The position numbers and the translations under genes were made by a program. From Trichoplax sp. H2 (Eukaryota): a stretch of 64,000 nt of DNA. The notes under the pieces are model-generated. The model searched no databases, was not told the origin of the DNA, and worked only from the letters and a program-made list of their open reading frames with translations. This document shows, piece by piece, positions 39,280-50,453 of the stretch. Location: the NCBI GenBank assembly GCA_003344405.1, contig NOWV01000122.1, positions 62,001 to 126,000 on the forward strand, given 5' to 3'. Position 1 is the stretch's first letter. Each line of letters starts with the position of its first letter.

Positions 39280-40642
39280 GATGGCGACTTTCAATTCAAT
39301 TGGATGTATTTTGATTCAGTTTTTCAATAACTTAATCAATACGCAAAGGATAGGCGGCTTGACAAGATCGATCCAATGCTTTCAACAACAGTTATTTTCA
39401 GTCATACAAGGATAGGAGGGGGATAGCGCCAATTGAATCAGGCAATTTGACGAAACGCGTTGACTTGACCAAGTGGAGTTGAATAAAGTTCAACGAGGAA
39501 TCACTACGATGCGATACGTCGTGCCAGTCGACTGAGAAGCCCCTACAAATGGATAGTCAACAATTCCAGCAACTTTTTAATACTACTTGTACTCATGATA
39601 ATATATAGAATCAATCATTGGATGATCTACGGTAGTGAAAGCGTGGACGGCGGCCTATCCGTCTGCATGTGTACATTGTACACTCTACTGTTTCATGGTG
39701 TCTATCTACAGTATCCATTCTGGCGAGACAGACATGGACTAGTTGTAGTCTTGGTATTCAATGAAATGAAATCGCACTTACATTGATCAAAACAAATAGA
39801 AAAGTTCGCAATAGCTAGAATGAAAATCAATGGTATATATCTACTGTATACTGTATATATACAATCCATATTACGTACTTTTTCTTTCAAGACAGACCTT
39901 TCTGTGTAACTTTACAATCAATGAGAAGGGCAAGAAGAAGACTTCCGTTGTCGCTTGTATTTTGTCCAATTGAAGCGCTGGCCTATTACAGTAATCAGAT
40001 TGAAAAAGAATGGAAATATTATCCACAATTACTAGTGTGTAATCTTGAATATTGATTGATTGGATAACGTCATGCAGATTCAATCCAAGGAAATAAGAGT
40101 CTGCAGCTCGTCCTGCAAAAATAAATTGCCAACACTGATTGCTAGCATGATACATGTACAACTGGTATACGAGAATCGATCAACGTCCATGATGTGAAAT
40201 GGATGGATTGACACAATCGCCATGGCCATCTTACTACGCCTAGGCGTTGTGGCCTACGACAACTATTTGCGTCTGCATCTTGGACTGTCCATCGATACCG
40301 TTGGTCGATTGTGTACATTAGGAAATAAAAACTTGTATGGTTGACACACACATCAATTGCAAAATGATCTGAGTCCGCTTCCCTGTACTTTGAAATTGGC
40401 AAGGAAATAAACTACACATGATGTCAAGAAAGGCATGGAAAAGATGGAAACATCGACTATGCACTCAGACTACTGTCATGTTGATGGAATAAAAAAAAAA
40501 AAGTGGCATTTTTCAACTGCATTGCACATTGGATCGTTCCTTTTCTAGTAGAGTAGGTTGATTGCAGGATGGAGGGTGTCATAGCAAGGCTTAACCTCGT
40601 GTTTATGTTACCCAGAGAAGGAGAGAAAGAGAGTAGCAGAAT

Positions 40643-42560
40643 CTTGTCAAAAAGTACCTACGCCAATATCCAATCAAGATCCTCCTGATGGGCAACATGG
40701 ATTACCTCCAATGAAGATGGAAAGAAACGCTTTATATACGGCAAGATGAGGGAATAAACAATGGTGCAAAAGTAATGATGGACATTGCCAATTTCAAATG
40801 GAGTAAATCATTTTACAACATCATCATCAAGTTCAATTGACCATTAAGCGATGATGATTGAATGATGCCTCCTACCTCTTGCAACAGCCGCTGTTCTAAT
40901 CCAGTGGTAGGCTGTTGTGTTGCACTTACAATTCCTCCATTAAAATAAGTAGTTTAAAAAGTTGCCAATTCGTCGACTGCTTGTCCGCAGACTACAAGGG
41001 GCATGTTATTGTTTACAGTGGAATGATCGACGTCGTGGTGCAAGTAGTCAGTAACGTGCTGTGAACTCAAGTGTCATCAATTCACGACCAATAGTCAGTC
41101 AATCGATTAAGCAGCACAAGTACTGTTTAAGTAATGAATGCGTCATTGCATGTACAGTACCAACCAGTCTCCGTACAGTATATTTCTTCTAGTACTGTCT
41201 ACATCCATTGTAGACTACAGTGTACAGTCACTTTTCATCACCCGACTTGATACTGAAGACAGTACAGTACGACGTCCTTGAATGAACGCATGTACAGTAC
41301 TGTACTGTACTGTACTGTACGAACCAGTCACCATACTGTACAGTATAGTACAGTACAGTATATTTCTTCTAATGCTGTCTACTGTACATCCATTGTAGAC
41401 TACAGTGTACAGTCACTTTTCATCACCCGACTTGATACTGAAGATTGTACAGTACTGTACAGTACAACGTCCTTGAATGAACGCATGTACTGTACTGTAC
41501 TGTATACAGTACTACAGTATACTGTATTTCTTCTAGTACTGTCTACAGTACGTCCATTGTAGACTACAGTGTACAGTCACTTTTCATCACCCGACTTGAT
41601 ACTGAAGATTGTACAGTACAACGTCCTTGAATGAACGCATGTACTGTACTGTATACAGTACTATATTTCTTCTAGTACTGTCTACAGTACGTCCATTGTA
41701 GACTACAGTGTACAGTCACTTTTCATCACCCGACTTGATACTGAAGGCTGTACGACGTCCTTGAATGAATGCATGATTGCATGTACAGTGTACAGTGTAC
41801 AGTATGCAGTCACTTTTCATCACCCGACTTCATACTNNNNNNNNNNNNNNNNNNNNCTTGTCAAAAAGTACCTACGCCAATATCCAATCAAGATCCTCCT
41901 GATGGGCAACATGGATTACCTCCAATGAAGATGGAAAGAAACGCTTTATATACGGCAAGATGAGGGAATAAACAATGGTGCAAAAGTAATGATGGACATT
42001 GCCAATTTCAAATGGAGTAAATCATTTTACAACATCATCATCAAGTTCAATTGACCATTAAGCGATGATGATTGAATGATGCCTCCTACCTCTTGCAACA
42101 GCCGCTGTTCTAATCCAGTGGTAGGCTGTTGTGTTGCACTTACAATTCCTCCATTAAAATAAGTAGTTTAAAAAGTTGCCAATTCGTCGACTGCTTGTCC
42201 GCAGACTACAAGGGGCATGTTATTGTTTACAGTGGAATGATCGACGTCGTGGTGCAAGTAGTCAGTAACGTGCTGTGAACTCAAGTGTCATCAATTCACG
42301 ACCAATAGTCAGTCAATCGATTAAGCAGCACAAGTACTGTTTAAGTAATGAATGCGTCATTGCATGTACAGTACCAACCAGTCTCCGTACAGTATATTTC
42401 TTCTAGTACTGTCTACATCCATTGTAGACTACAGTGTACAGTCACTTTTCATCACCCGACTTGATACTGAAGGCTGTACGACGTCCTTGAATGAATGCAT
42501 GATTGCATGTACAGTGTACAGTGTACAGTATGCAGTCACTTTTCATCACCCGACTTCATA
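40643..42560. other. Overlapping duplicated sequence on both sides of a 20-N gap (41837-41856); probably uncollapsed haplotypes
   Basis: 40643-41258 reappears from 41857 (offset 1214). The left copy has an extra 488 bp (three repeat units) before the two copies match again. Confidence 0.75.
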
Positions 42561-43930
42561 CTGTACACTGTACAGTATGGTACATACAGTACGGTACAGT
42601 GCGACGTCCTTGAATGAACGCATGATTGCATGTACGCACCAGTCAGTCAGTCAGCCACCATACTGTACATTCATACTGTACAGTCCATTGTACACTACAC
42701 TCACTTTTCATCACCCGACTTGATACTGAAGACTGTACGACGCCCTGAATGAACGCATGATTGCATGTACGAACCAGTCACCAAACCGAACCTTCGACAG
42801 GTGTACAGTGTACACTGTACAGTGTACAGTAGTACTGCCTACATCCATTGTACAATACTGTACAGTACACTACTGTACAGTGCACAGTGTACAGTATGCA
42901 ATCACTTTTCATCACCCGACTTCATACTGTACTGTATAGTGCGACGTCTTTGAATGAACGCATGATTGGCAGTACTGTACTGTATATTTATTCTTCTAGT
43001 ACTGCCTACATCCATTGTACTGTACAGTGTACAGTGTAGCGTACACTGTATGCACTCAAATTTCATCACCCGACTTCATACTGTACAGTATAGTACAGTA
43101 CAGTACTGTACATACTGTACGAACCAGTCACCATACAGTACAGGGTGTAGAAATTCGATCTAGATTTAAAAAAAACAGATAAAATGATCAAAACTTGGTC
43201 GATTCTATTTAAATTTAGTATGAATCGATACCATTAAGCAGATATACAGTTTTATGGGTTTTATTCGAAAATAAATCATAAAAATATTCACTGACTTATC
43301 TAGGAAGAAATTCTACACCATGTACAGTACGGTACAGTATACAGTATTTATTCTTCTAGTACTGTACGGTATGCACTCACTTTCCAGTATCCTTATTCGG
43401 TAAACATACTAATACGAAAGTTACTTAACGAAATTTGAAAAGTGATTGATACACATCAGTAGGTACTCTTAGTTCTATTGCTCTCTTGCAATTCGTAGTG
43501 TTACCCTACTATAGTTCCCCTGTCCCGGTTACTTTTGATTGCTATATATCATATTACAAAAAGTATTTCTAAGAGGATAATGTTCGTTAGTCAGCGATCT
43601 GATAGTTACTGAACCTCTGTTAAATGAGCACATTATCGTAAACCGTCAGTAAAGCGACGGGAGTTTGCACTAGTTCTTCTAATACTGCCTACATCCATTG
43701 TATACTACAGTGTACAGTGTACAATATGCAGTCACTTTTCATCACCCGATTTCATACTGTACACTGTACATACAGTACACTGCTTTTCATCACGGTTTCA
43801 TACTGAACCTTACTGGAAGCAGTACAGTGTACAGTAAGCAGTCACTTTTCATCTCCCGAATTCATACTGTACACTGTACTGTACTAGACGACGTGCCTCC
43901 TTTCTACAGTACTGTATGCATGATTTGACT
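41135..43930. repeat. Complex ~80-190-bp tandem repeat array rich in TACAG/TACTG pentamers
   Basis: Constant blocks cagtcacttttcatcacccgactt, gacgtccttgaatgaacgcatg and ttcttctagtactg(t/c)ctacatccattgta are separated by variable runs of CAGTA/CTGTA. Confidence 0.9.
43141..43322. mobile_element. 182-bp Tc1/mariner-type MITE with TA target-site duplication
   Basis: TA at 43139-40 and 43323-24. TIRs CAGGGTGTAGAAATTCGATCTAGAT and (reverse complement) CATGGTGTAGAATTTCTTCCTAGAT match at 20/25 positions. AT-rich non-coding core. It interrupts a repeat unit that is uninterrupted elsewhere (compare 41321-41370). Confidence 0.75.
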
Positions 43931-44243
43931 CTTCTACCCTACAGTAGTATTCCACCCTGGATGAAGAGCCAGTAACTCACGTCTAGTCCCTGCCTAGTAC
44001 TAGTACTGTACAGTGTGCACTGTGCAGCAGCCATTTATCAAACCACACAATGCCACCTCATTGTGTACTGTAGTACTGTACACTGTACCGTACAGTGTAC
44101 TGTACGATGAGATAGCATACAGTACAGCGCCCGCTTTGTCAACGGGCGATGCTACTAGATATTCCATACAGCACTGCAAAGGCCATACTCTACCTTACCT
44201 TTTTCCGGCTATCCAATTTTATCTATGACTAACTCAAGAGAAG

Positions 44244-44256
44244 AAAAAAAAAAAAA
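44244..44256 (-). terminator. Pol III oligo-T terminator of tRNA-Lys
   Basis: A run of ~13 A on the plus strand lies 8 nt past the tRNA 3' end. Confidence 0.75.
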
Positions 44257-44264
44257 TTTAAGTG

Positions 44265-44337
44265 CGCCCGATGGGGGACTTGAACCCACGACCCTCAGAT
44301 TAAAAGTCTGATGCTCTACCGACTGAGCTAACCGGGC
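44265..44337 (-). tRNA. tRNA-Lys (anticodon TTT)
   Basis: GCCCGGTTAGCTCAGTCGGTAGAGCATCAGACTTTTAATCTGAGGGTCGTGGGTTCAAGTCCCCCATCGGGCG: 73 nt, canonical cloverleaf, A and B boxes present. Confidence 0.97.
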
Positions 44338-45451
44338 AGTACTTACGTATTCTAATTCGTATTTTTATTTAAACAGACTGTACACTGCTGTACAGTCAAA
44401 TACAGTTTAATCGACAATGACGATTGTTCCAACTCAATTTGTTGCGGCAGTTGTTGCTTTCCAACTACGCCAGGGAGTCGATGATAGTGAATGAGGATAT
44501 GAATAATATTTCATAAATCTTGGCAGTCCATCACTGGTCTGGACTTTACAGTCTTTCTTCCTTGCATTGAAGTACTTGCACGGCTTGCCTCCAAGTTAGC
44601 AGACCAGTATGCTATGGTAGAGTACGTTACAAAAATCATCGTATCGATGATCGATTCATTAAAACACTAGAGTACGTGCAGCGACTTCTAAGAGCATAAC
44701 TTATTCCTCTTACAAATCCTTGGTACGTACGTATAGGCTAGCAAACTCTCCAACAATCAACTAACCATCATCATCGTACCCATGACAGAGTAATAAAACA
44801 CCACAGTACGTCTATGCTAATGACTATTCAACATCTATCGTTATCCTACGATTCGTACCCATGGCTGAGTAAAGCGCCACAGTGCGTGAATGCTAGTTAC
44901 TAAATCGCCCATAGTAGAGTAAAACACCAAAGTACGTGTAAGCTAGTGACCATTCAACAATTGAACATTCATAACCGCTACAGGATATCTTATTACAGTA
45001 TAAAGTATAGAAGTCACTCCATGCTCCATACAACGGACATAAACAAGCATAACTCAATAGTTGCTAGTACTTACTAAATCTACTAATCACTTTCCTGAAC
45101 TTAACGCAGCTGGTGAATTAAACTACAGGAAACGTCATTACAACGCTATTGAGAATATATAATTACACTAGTAGACCGTTTATTCTACAAAATTGGAATG
45201 ATTCATTACAAACAAAGTATCAGAAATAATCGGTATTACATTAAGGAATACGAACAGGTCGTTTGATATTTGTAGTAATAAAATTTTTGAACAGAGACTG
45301 TATCAATTTAAAGGCGAGACAAATATTTATTCAGTAGTATAGCTTAACGACTTCATTTTAAATGTAAGTTCAGAAATCAGGTCGTAACTTCAATTCAATT
45401 GTACAGTCCTAAGCAATATTAATTCGTGTCAAAGTGAATGAGATCATTCCT

Positions 45452-48400
45452 TTACGGACATTTTCTCTCAACGCAGTTTTTTCCACCATCGTCATATTCT
45501 TGTTTCGATATCCACATTTGCTGAAAGGAACCCTATCAGAAGAAAGAATATTTCAAAACAGTCAATTACATTCAATTTAGAGGCTAATTTGAAATACAAT
45601 GGTATAATTACGTACCAAAGATGCTAATATCGATCCACCAATCCAGGCACCACAGCGTCGTTCTAATGAACCGTTAGCACTAACGACTTTTGTTCGTAAA
45701 CCCTGCAGTAAAGCAAATAATGAATAATTTTCGTACAGAAATCCTACAATACACATCGCCAGCCCAAAAATATTAGCCACTGTTAAGCTCTTTAGAAGTT
45801 CAATACTAACCGGAGGAACTTTGTTTTGCAACTCTCTAGATAACCTATCGCAAAATCCTCGCAGTAAGGAATTACCTCCAGTAACAACGACGGAGCTGTA
45901 TAAATTCTATAATCCAAAATTACAGGTACAGCTATCGCTATTGCTTCCAACATAACTGAGTCAAACTATTACGCTCAAATATTACAAATTTTACCGGTCT
46001 GATATCGATATCGCAAATTCCTACACTCGTTAGTATAAGTTGAGAAATTCCCAGTAAGTTCGTGCAATCCATTCCCTGTATATTGCAAATCATTGCAATG
46101 GTAATTATTTACGTTTACAAAATAATCGATTGGTATTGCCAACACTATCATCATTACTGAATTTCAGTAACAAATTTTACCTTGACAGTTGATGGATCGA
46201 ATAAACCCTCTGCTAATTTAAATCTATCTACCCCGTAAGAATTATTGTACCCATCAGGAAATTCATAATGCATCGATGGAATACTTCCTGCATTGCTGGT
46301 ACCATTAAAGAATAGCCTTAGTTTGATTATATCCACAATGCAGATATCTATATTAATGTACGTACATCTCATGAAAATTTGAATCCAAAACTTCCAAAAC
46401 CGAGGCTTTAAAGTCGTGTAGAGTATTCTAGATATAGAGAAAATGATTCAATGACGACATTAAAGAAGTAATAGTAAATGATTACACAACGCGTAAACAC
46501 TACGGCCTCAATGGGGGCATAATGTTTAAAATTCCTACCTTGACCATATAATTATGGTAAGATTGAGTTATTTTTGCCGGTAAATTTGCCCTCTTTGTAT
46601 AAATAGATGGCTCTCCTTTACCCACTGGGGTCTAATAAAGAACAAGATGCATACCCATTCATCAGCGTAATAAGGAAACTAATGTATTATTTTTGACTAT
46701 CTCTAGTTGGGCTTCAGTGTTACAACATCAAGAGCAGTACTACCTTACTACCAACTAAATAAGTAGGAACAATTTCAACATTCTTGTCGGCTAAATAAGA
46801 CCTTTAGATCAAAAATACAACAGATATAAGTGATATTAGAATCAATTCAAACATCTTAAAAGTGATTCAACTTTTATATTACTAACCTGCACTGAGCCGT
46901 AACAAAATCTCCACCCAAAGGAGATTTTACTATGCCTAAAGGTAAGATTAAATTGAAGGAAGATATTATAAAAATACACAATTTCCACAAAAGTGTTTAC
47001 AGCTTAAAAGAATGAATACAATATGTAGATGATATCGTGAAATGACTTTTATACGCGTAAATCCGAATCTTACCTTGTTGTAAAACATAACCATCATAAA
47101 TTGGAATGGCGGAAGTATGATGCGCTCCTGAATCAAGGATTATACCAGTGTAGCGACCATTGGCAAAGCTACATGTAGAACATAAACATAATATGATATA
47201 TACAGTACCAATCTACATATTGGCTAAATACTGTCGAGAAACTTTGTGATATTATATAGTGTTAGGATTTTGTAGATACTGCACCCCGCTAATACTGGAC
47301 TCTTGCAAAGGTAAAATGCTGGCACATTGTACGTTTCAAACATAAGCTCGCACAGTTTCTCTCGCTTCCCTCGTTCGTTCCACTAATAAAATCATGAAAC
47401 AGTAACAAGTTATTTTATGAAGTTTCATTTATTTTGTCGACGCCATTTAGAATGTGGCACGTCTACAAAACTTACAGCAGGTTCCGTCATCAAAATAGGA
47501 TGCACCGAAGGATCGGAGCGAATGTGATTGGCAAAGGTATGGTCAAAAAGTTCTTTAAATAGATCCCAATCATCAACTAACAAGAGATTCAAGTGAAATT
47601 GATTTCAGCAAGAGAACTTAATCCTATCATGGCGTAATAGGATACGTGAGTGGAGAAAAATGAAAATTACATCAAGGCGGCGTTTTTAACTTTTAATACA
47701 TAAAAAGAGACCAGTTGATATTACAATGCAACTCTTATTACCTCCAGTTTCAGTTAATGACCTAGTACATCAACGTATGATACAGTAGCACGATCTTAAA
47801 CTGAGCTAAAACACCGTAGGGTTGATTGCAGACTAGTTTCATAATTAATCTAAACTATGAATGAGCTCAGTCATGCATGCATGCAATTCAAATTCTAATC
47901 CTTAACCACTTCAGTTACTAACGTTCGATTTCACTCTTTAATGCTGTCGTAATTTTAATGCAAGCAATAGAAATGACCAATTTTGTTACGATCGATTAGA
48001 ATTTGTGACATCTACACGGCATCGAAACTGAAAGATTCTTGCACAGTAGGCAATAGGATCTTATGCTCATCACTCATGCAATGCCATGGCAGTGTGCACC
48101 GAACATGATAGCATTATTGTCGTTTTCCTCTACGATAATAATTTTAAACTAAAGATACACAACTTTCGAGGTGATTCTATTAGCAAAATTGGCCTATATT
48201 TACTCATTCCATCCTTTAAAGGGCTAATCATTTCCATCCTTTCTTTAGGCGATGATAGAAAATTATAACCAATATAATATTTCCTTTTGGAAGCTACTGA
48301 TGTCGGACCATCTGCAGTATCCATGGCATTGTCATCCTCGAAGTTACCATCGGTCGTACAACCCACATATGAAGGAAAGTCGGCCTAATATTCAGATCAC

Positions 48401-48713
48401 CAAAAACGTCGATATATACCCAATCGATATACAAGCAATCATGGAAAGTAACAAGTAATACCTTTGGTGTATCTTCACCGGCGAAACCAGCACGAACAGT
48501 TGTATTACCAATGTCCAAGACAATGGCGCCAACTTCATCTAAAATCCACAATCAACATGACTTTATTCGTCAATTTACTTGCAAGAAAAACCATCGAATC
48601 TTCCATCAAGACATCAACGACTGATTTCAACATCAACAGTTACAATCCACTAAAGTAAAATATTGCTAGAATATCATTTTCTACGCACCTCCACCGTAAA
48701 CACCGCCACTCAT
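45452..48713 (-). CDS. ACTL6: Actin-like protein 6 (BAF53/Arp4), multi-exon
   Basis: Exon 1 MSGGVYGG (48713-48689), then [111 protein letters not shown]. Confidence 0.95.
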
Positions 48714-48984
48714 TTTGAATTGATGACTAAATTGCACAACCTAGAAGATTTGATGTCTGCTAATCCAACAACACAAGCTATCATACACAGGGATGCCAAC
48801 AAAGTGTAAGGTCTGGACGCCTGGGAAGGACGGATGCCCAGGGTTGGCTTTAACAGTGGCTTTTCAAAAAAAAGGCGGCTAAAGGGACTGTCGTGAAGTC
48901 CAATAGACTTCAATATGACCGCAATAGTCTCTACAGCGTCAGTATAGTACAGGACTATACAATACCGTGTACCACGACAGTAGG

Positions 48985-50062
48985 TATCTTTCGCCAGGTA
49001 TGCAATCCTTGTTCACGGTCGATTTCGCCGTTTTGCAGCTCTCTAGCTTACAGAATTTAGTCACTTGTAGCTGGATCTACTCCTTCATCAACTTAATTGA
49101 TTAGTTAATATTGATTATCAAAAGATGCACGCACTACAGAGCATGTATACTAAGTTGTACACTGCAAAATTCAGTTCTTTCACGAGGTATGCAATCCTTG
49201 TTCACGGTCGATTTCGCCGTTTTGCAGCTCTCTGGCTTACAGCATTTAGTCACTTGTAGCTAGATCTACTCTTTCATCAACTTAATTGATTAGTTAATAT
49301 TGATTATCAAAAGATGCACACACTACAGAGCATGTATACTAAGTTGTACACTGTACAGTTCAGTTCTTTCACGAGGTATGCAATCCTTGTTCACGGTCGA
49401 TCTCGTCGCTTTGCAGCTTACTGTACTGTACTGTTCAGTTCTTTCGCGAGGTATGCAATCCTTGTTCACGGTCGATCTCGTCGGTTTGCAGCTCTCCGGG
49501 TTACTGTATTTAGTTACTTGCAGTTAGATCGATTCTTTCATGAACTTAATTAATTGATTAATTATTATTATCAAAAGATACACACACTACAGAGCATGTA
49601 TACTAAGTTGTACACTGTACAGTTCAGTTCTTTCACGAGGTATGCAATCCTTGTTCACGGTCGATCTCGTCGGTTTGCAGCTCTCTGGGTTACAGTATTT
49701 AGTTACTTGCAGTTAGATCGATTCTTTCATGATAATAATTAATTGATTAATTATTATTATCAAAAGATACACACACTACAGAGCATGTATACTAAGTTGT
49801 ACACTGTACCGTTCAGTTCTTTCACGAGGTATGCAATCGTTGTTCACGGTCGATCTCGTCGGTTTGCAGCTCTCTGGGTTACAGTATTTAGTTACTTGCA
49901 GTTAGATCGATTCTTTCATGAACTTAATTAATTGATTAATTATTATTATCAAAAGATGCACACACTACAGAGCATGTTTACTAAGTTGTACACTGTACTG
50001 TTCAGTTCTTTCACGAGGTATGCAATCCTTGTTCACGGTCGATCTCGCCGTTTTGCAGCTCT
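48985..50062. repeat. 189-bp tandem repeat, ~6 copies (one shortened), upstream of ACTL6
   Basis: The block aggtatgcaatccttgttcacggtcgat recurs, and repeat-derived ORFs start 189 bp apart (49554, 49743, 49932). Confidence 0.93.
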
Positions 50063-50453
50063 GTTTGTTCATTTCACGACCGAAAGCATCTTCCATATTT
50101 GTAAGAACATAAATTAAATCACACTATCAATTGCAGTATTTTAATTTCTCTCTACTGATCTGTGCCAACAATATTTTTGTATGCTCAAAGATTGATTACC
50201 AGTAATGTTTATCAAATGACATTGCCATTTTAAGACTAAATCTAGTCACTTTTGAATTCATTCTATCATATATCATTTCAGAACGTTATTATTTGAAATA
50301 AAGCTGATTATGGAAATTAGCTATCAAATCCAAAGAATTGACTATGTAGAAACAAAAAAATAATTTTTCATACTACTTATACACGTCTATTTTTCTCGTG
50401 GAAGAGGCATAATAAAAGTATCTAGACCTTACGACTATTTTAAAAATTTTCAG

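Noticed and set aside
41135-43930. CRISPR-like pattern of constant blocks with variable spacers
   Set aside because: The variable parts are low-complexity TACAG/TACTG stacks rather than unique spacers; the context is eukaryotic and no cas genes are present.
41278-44228. Many short Tyr/Cys/Thr/Val-rich ORFs
   Set aside because: They are translations of the pentamer-rich repeat, with no splice or domain support.
49300-50117. Repeated ~62-aa ORFs (MINYYYQK...)
   Set aside because: They arise because the 189-bp unit is divisible by 3; starts are TTG and there is no recognisable domain.
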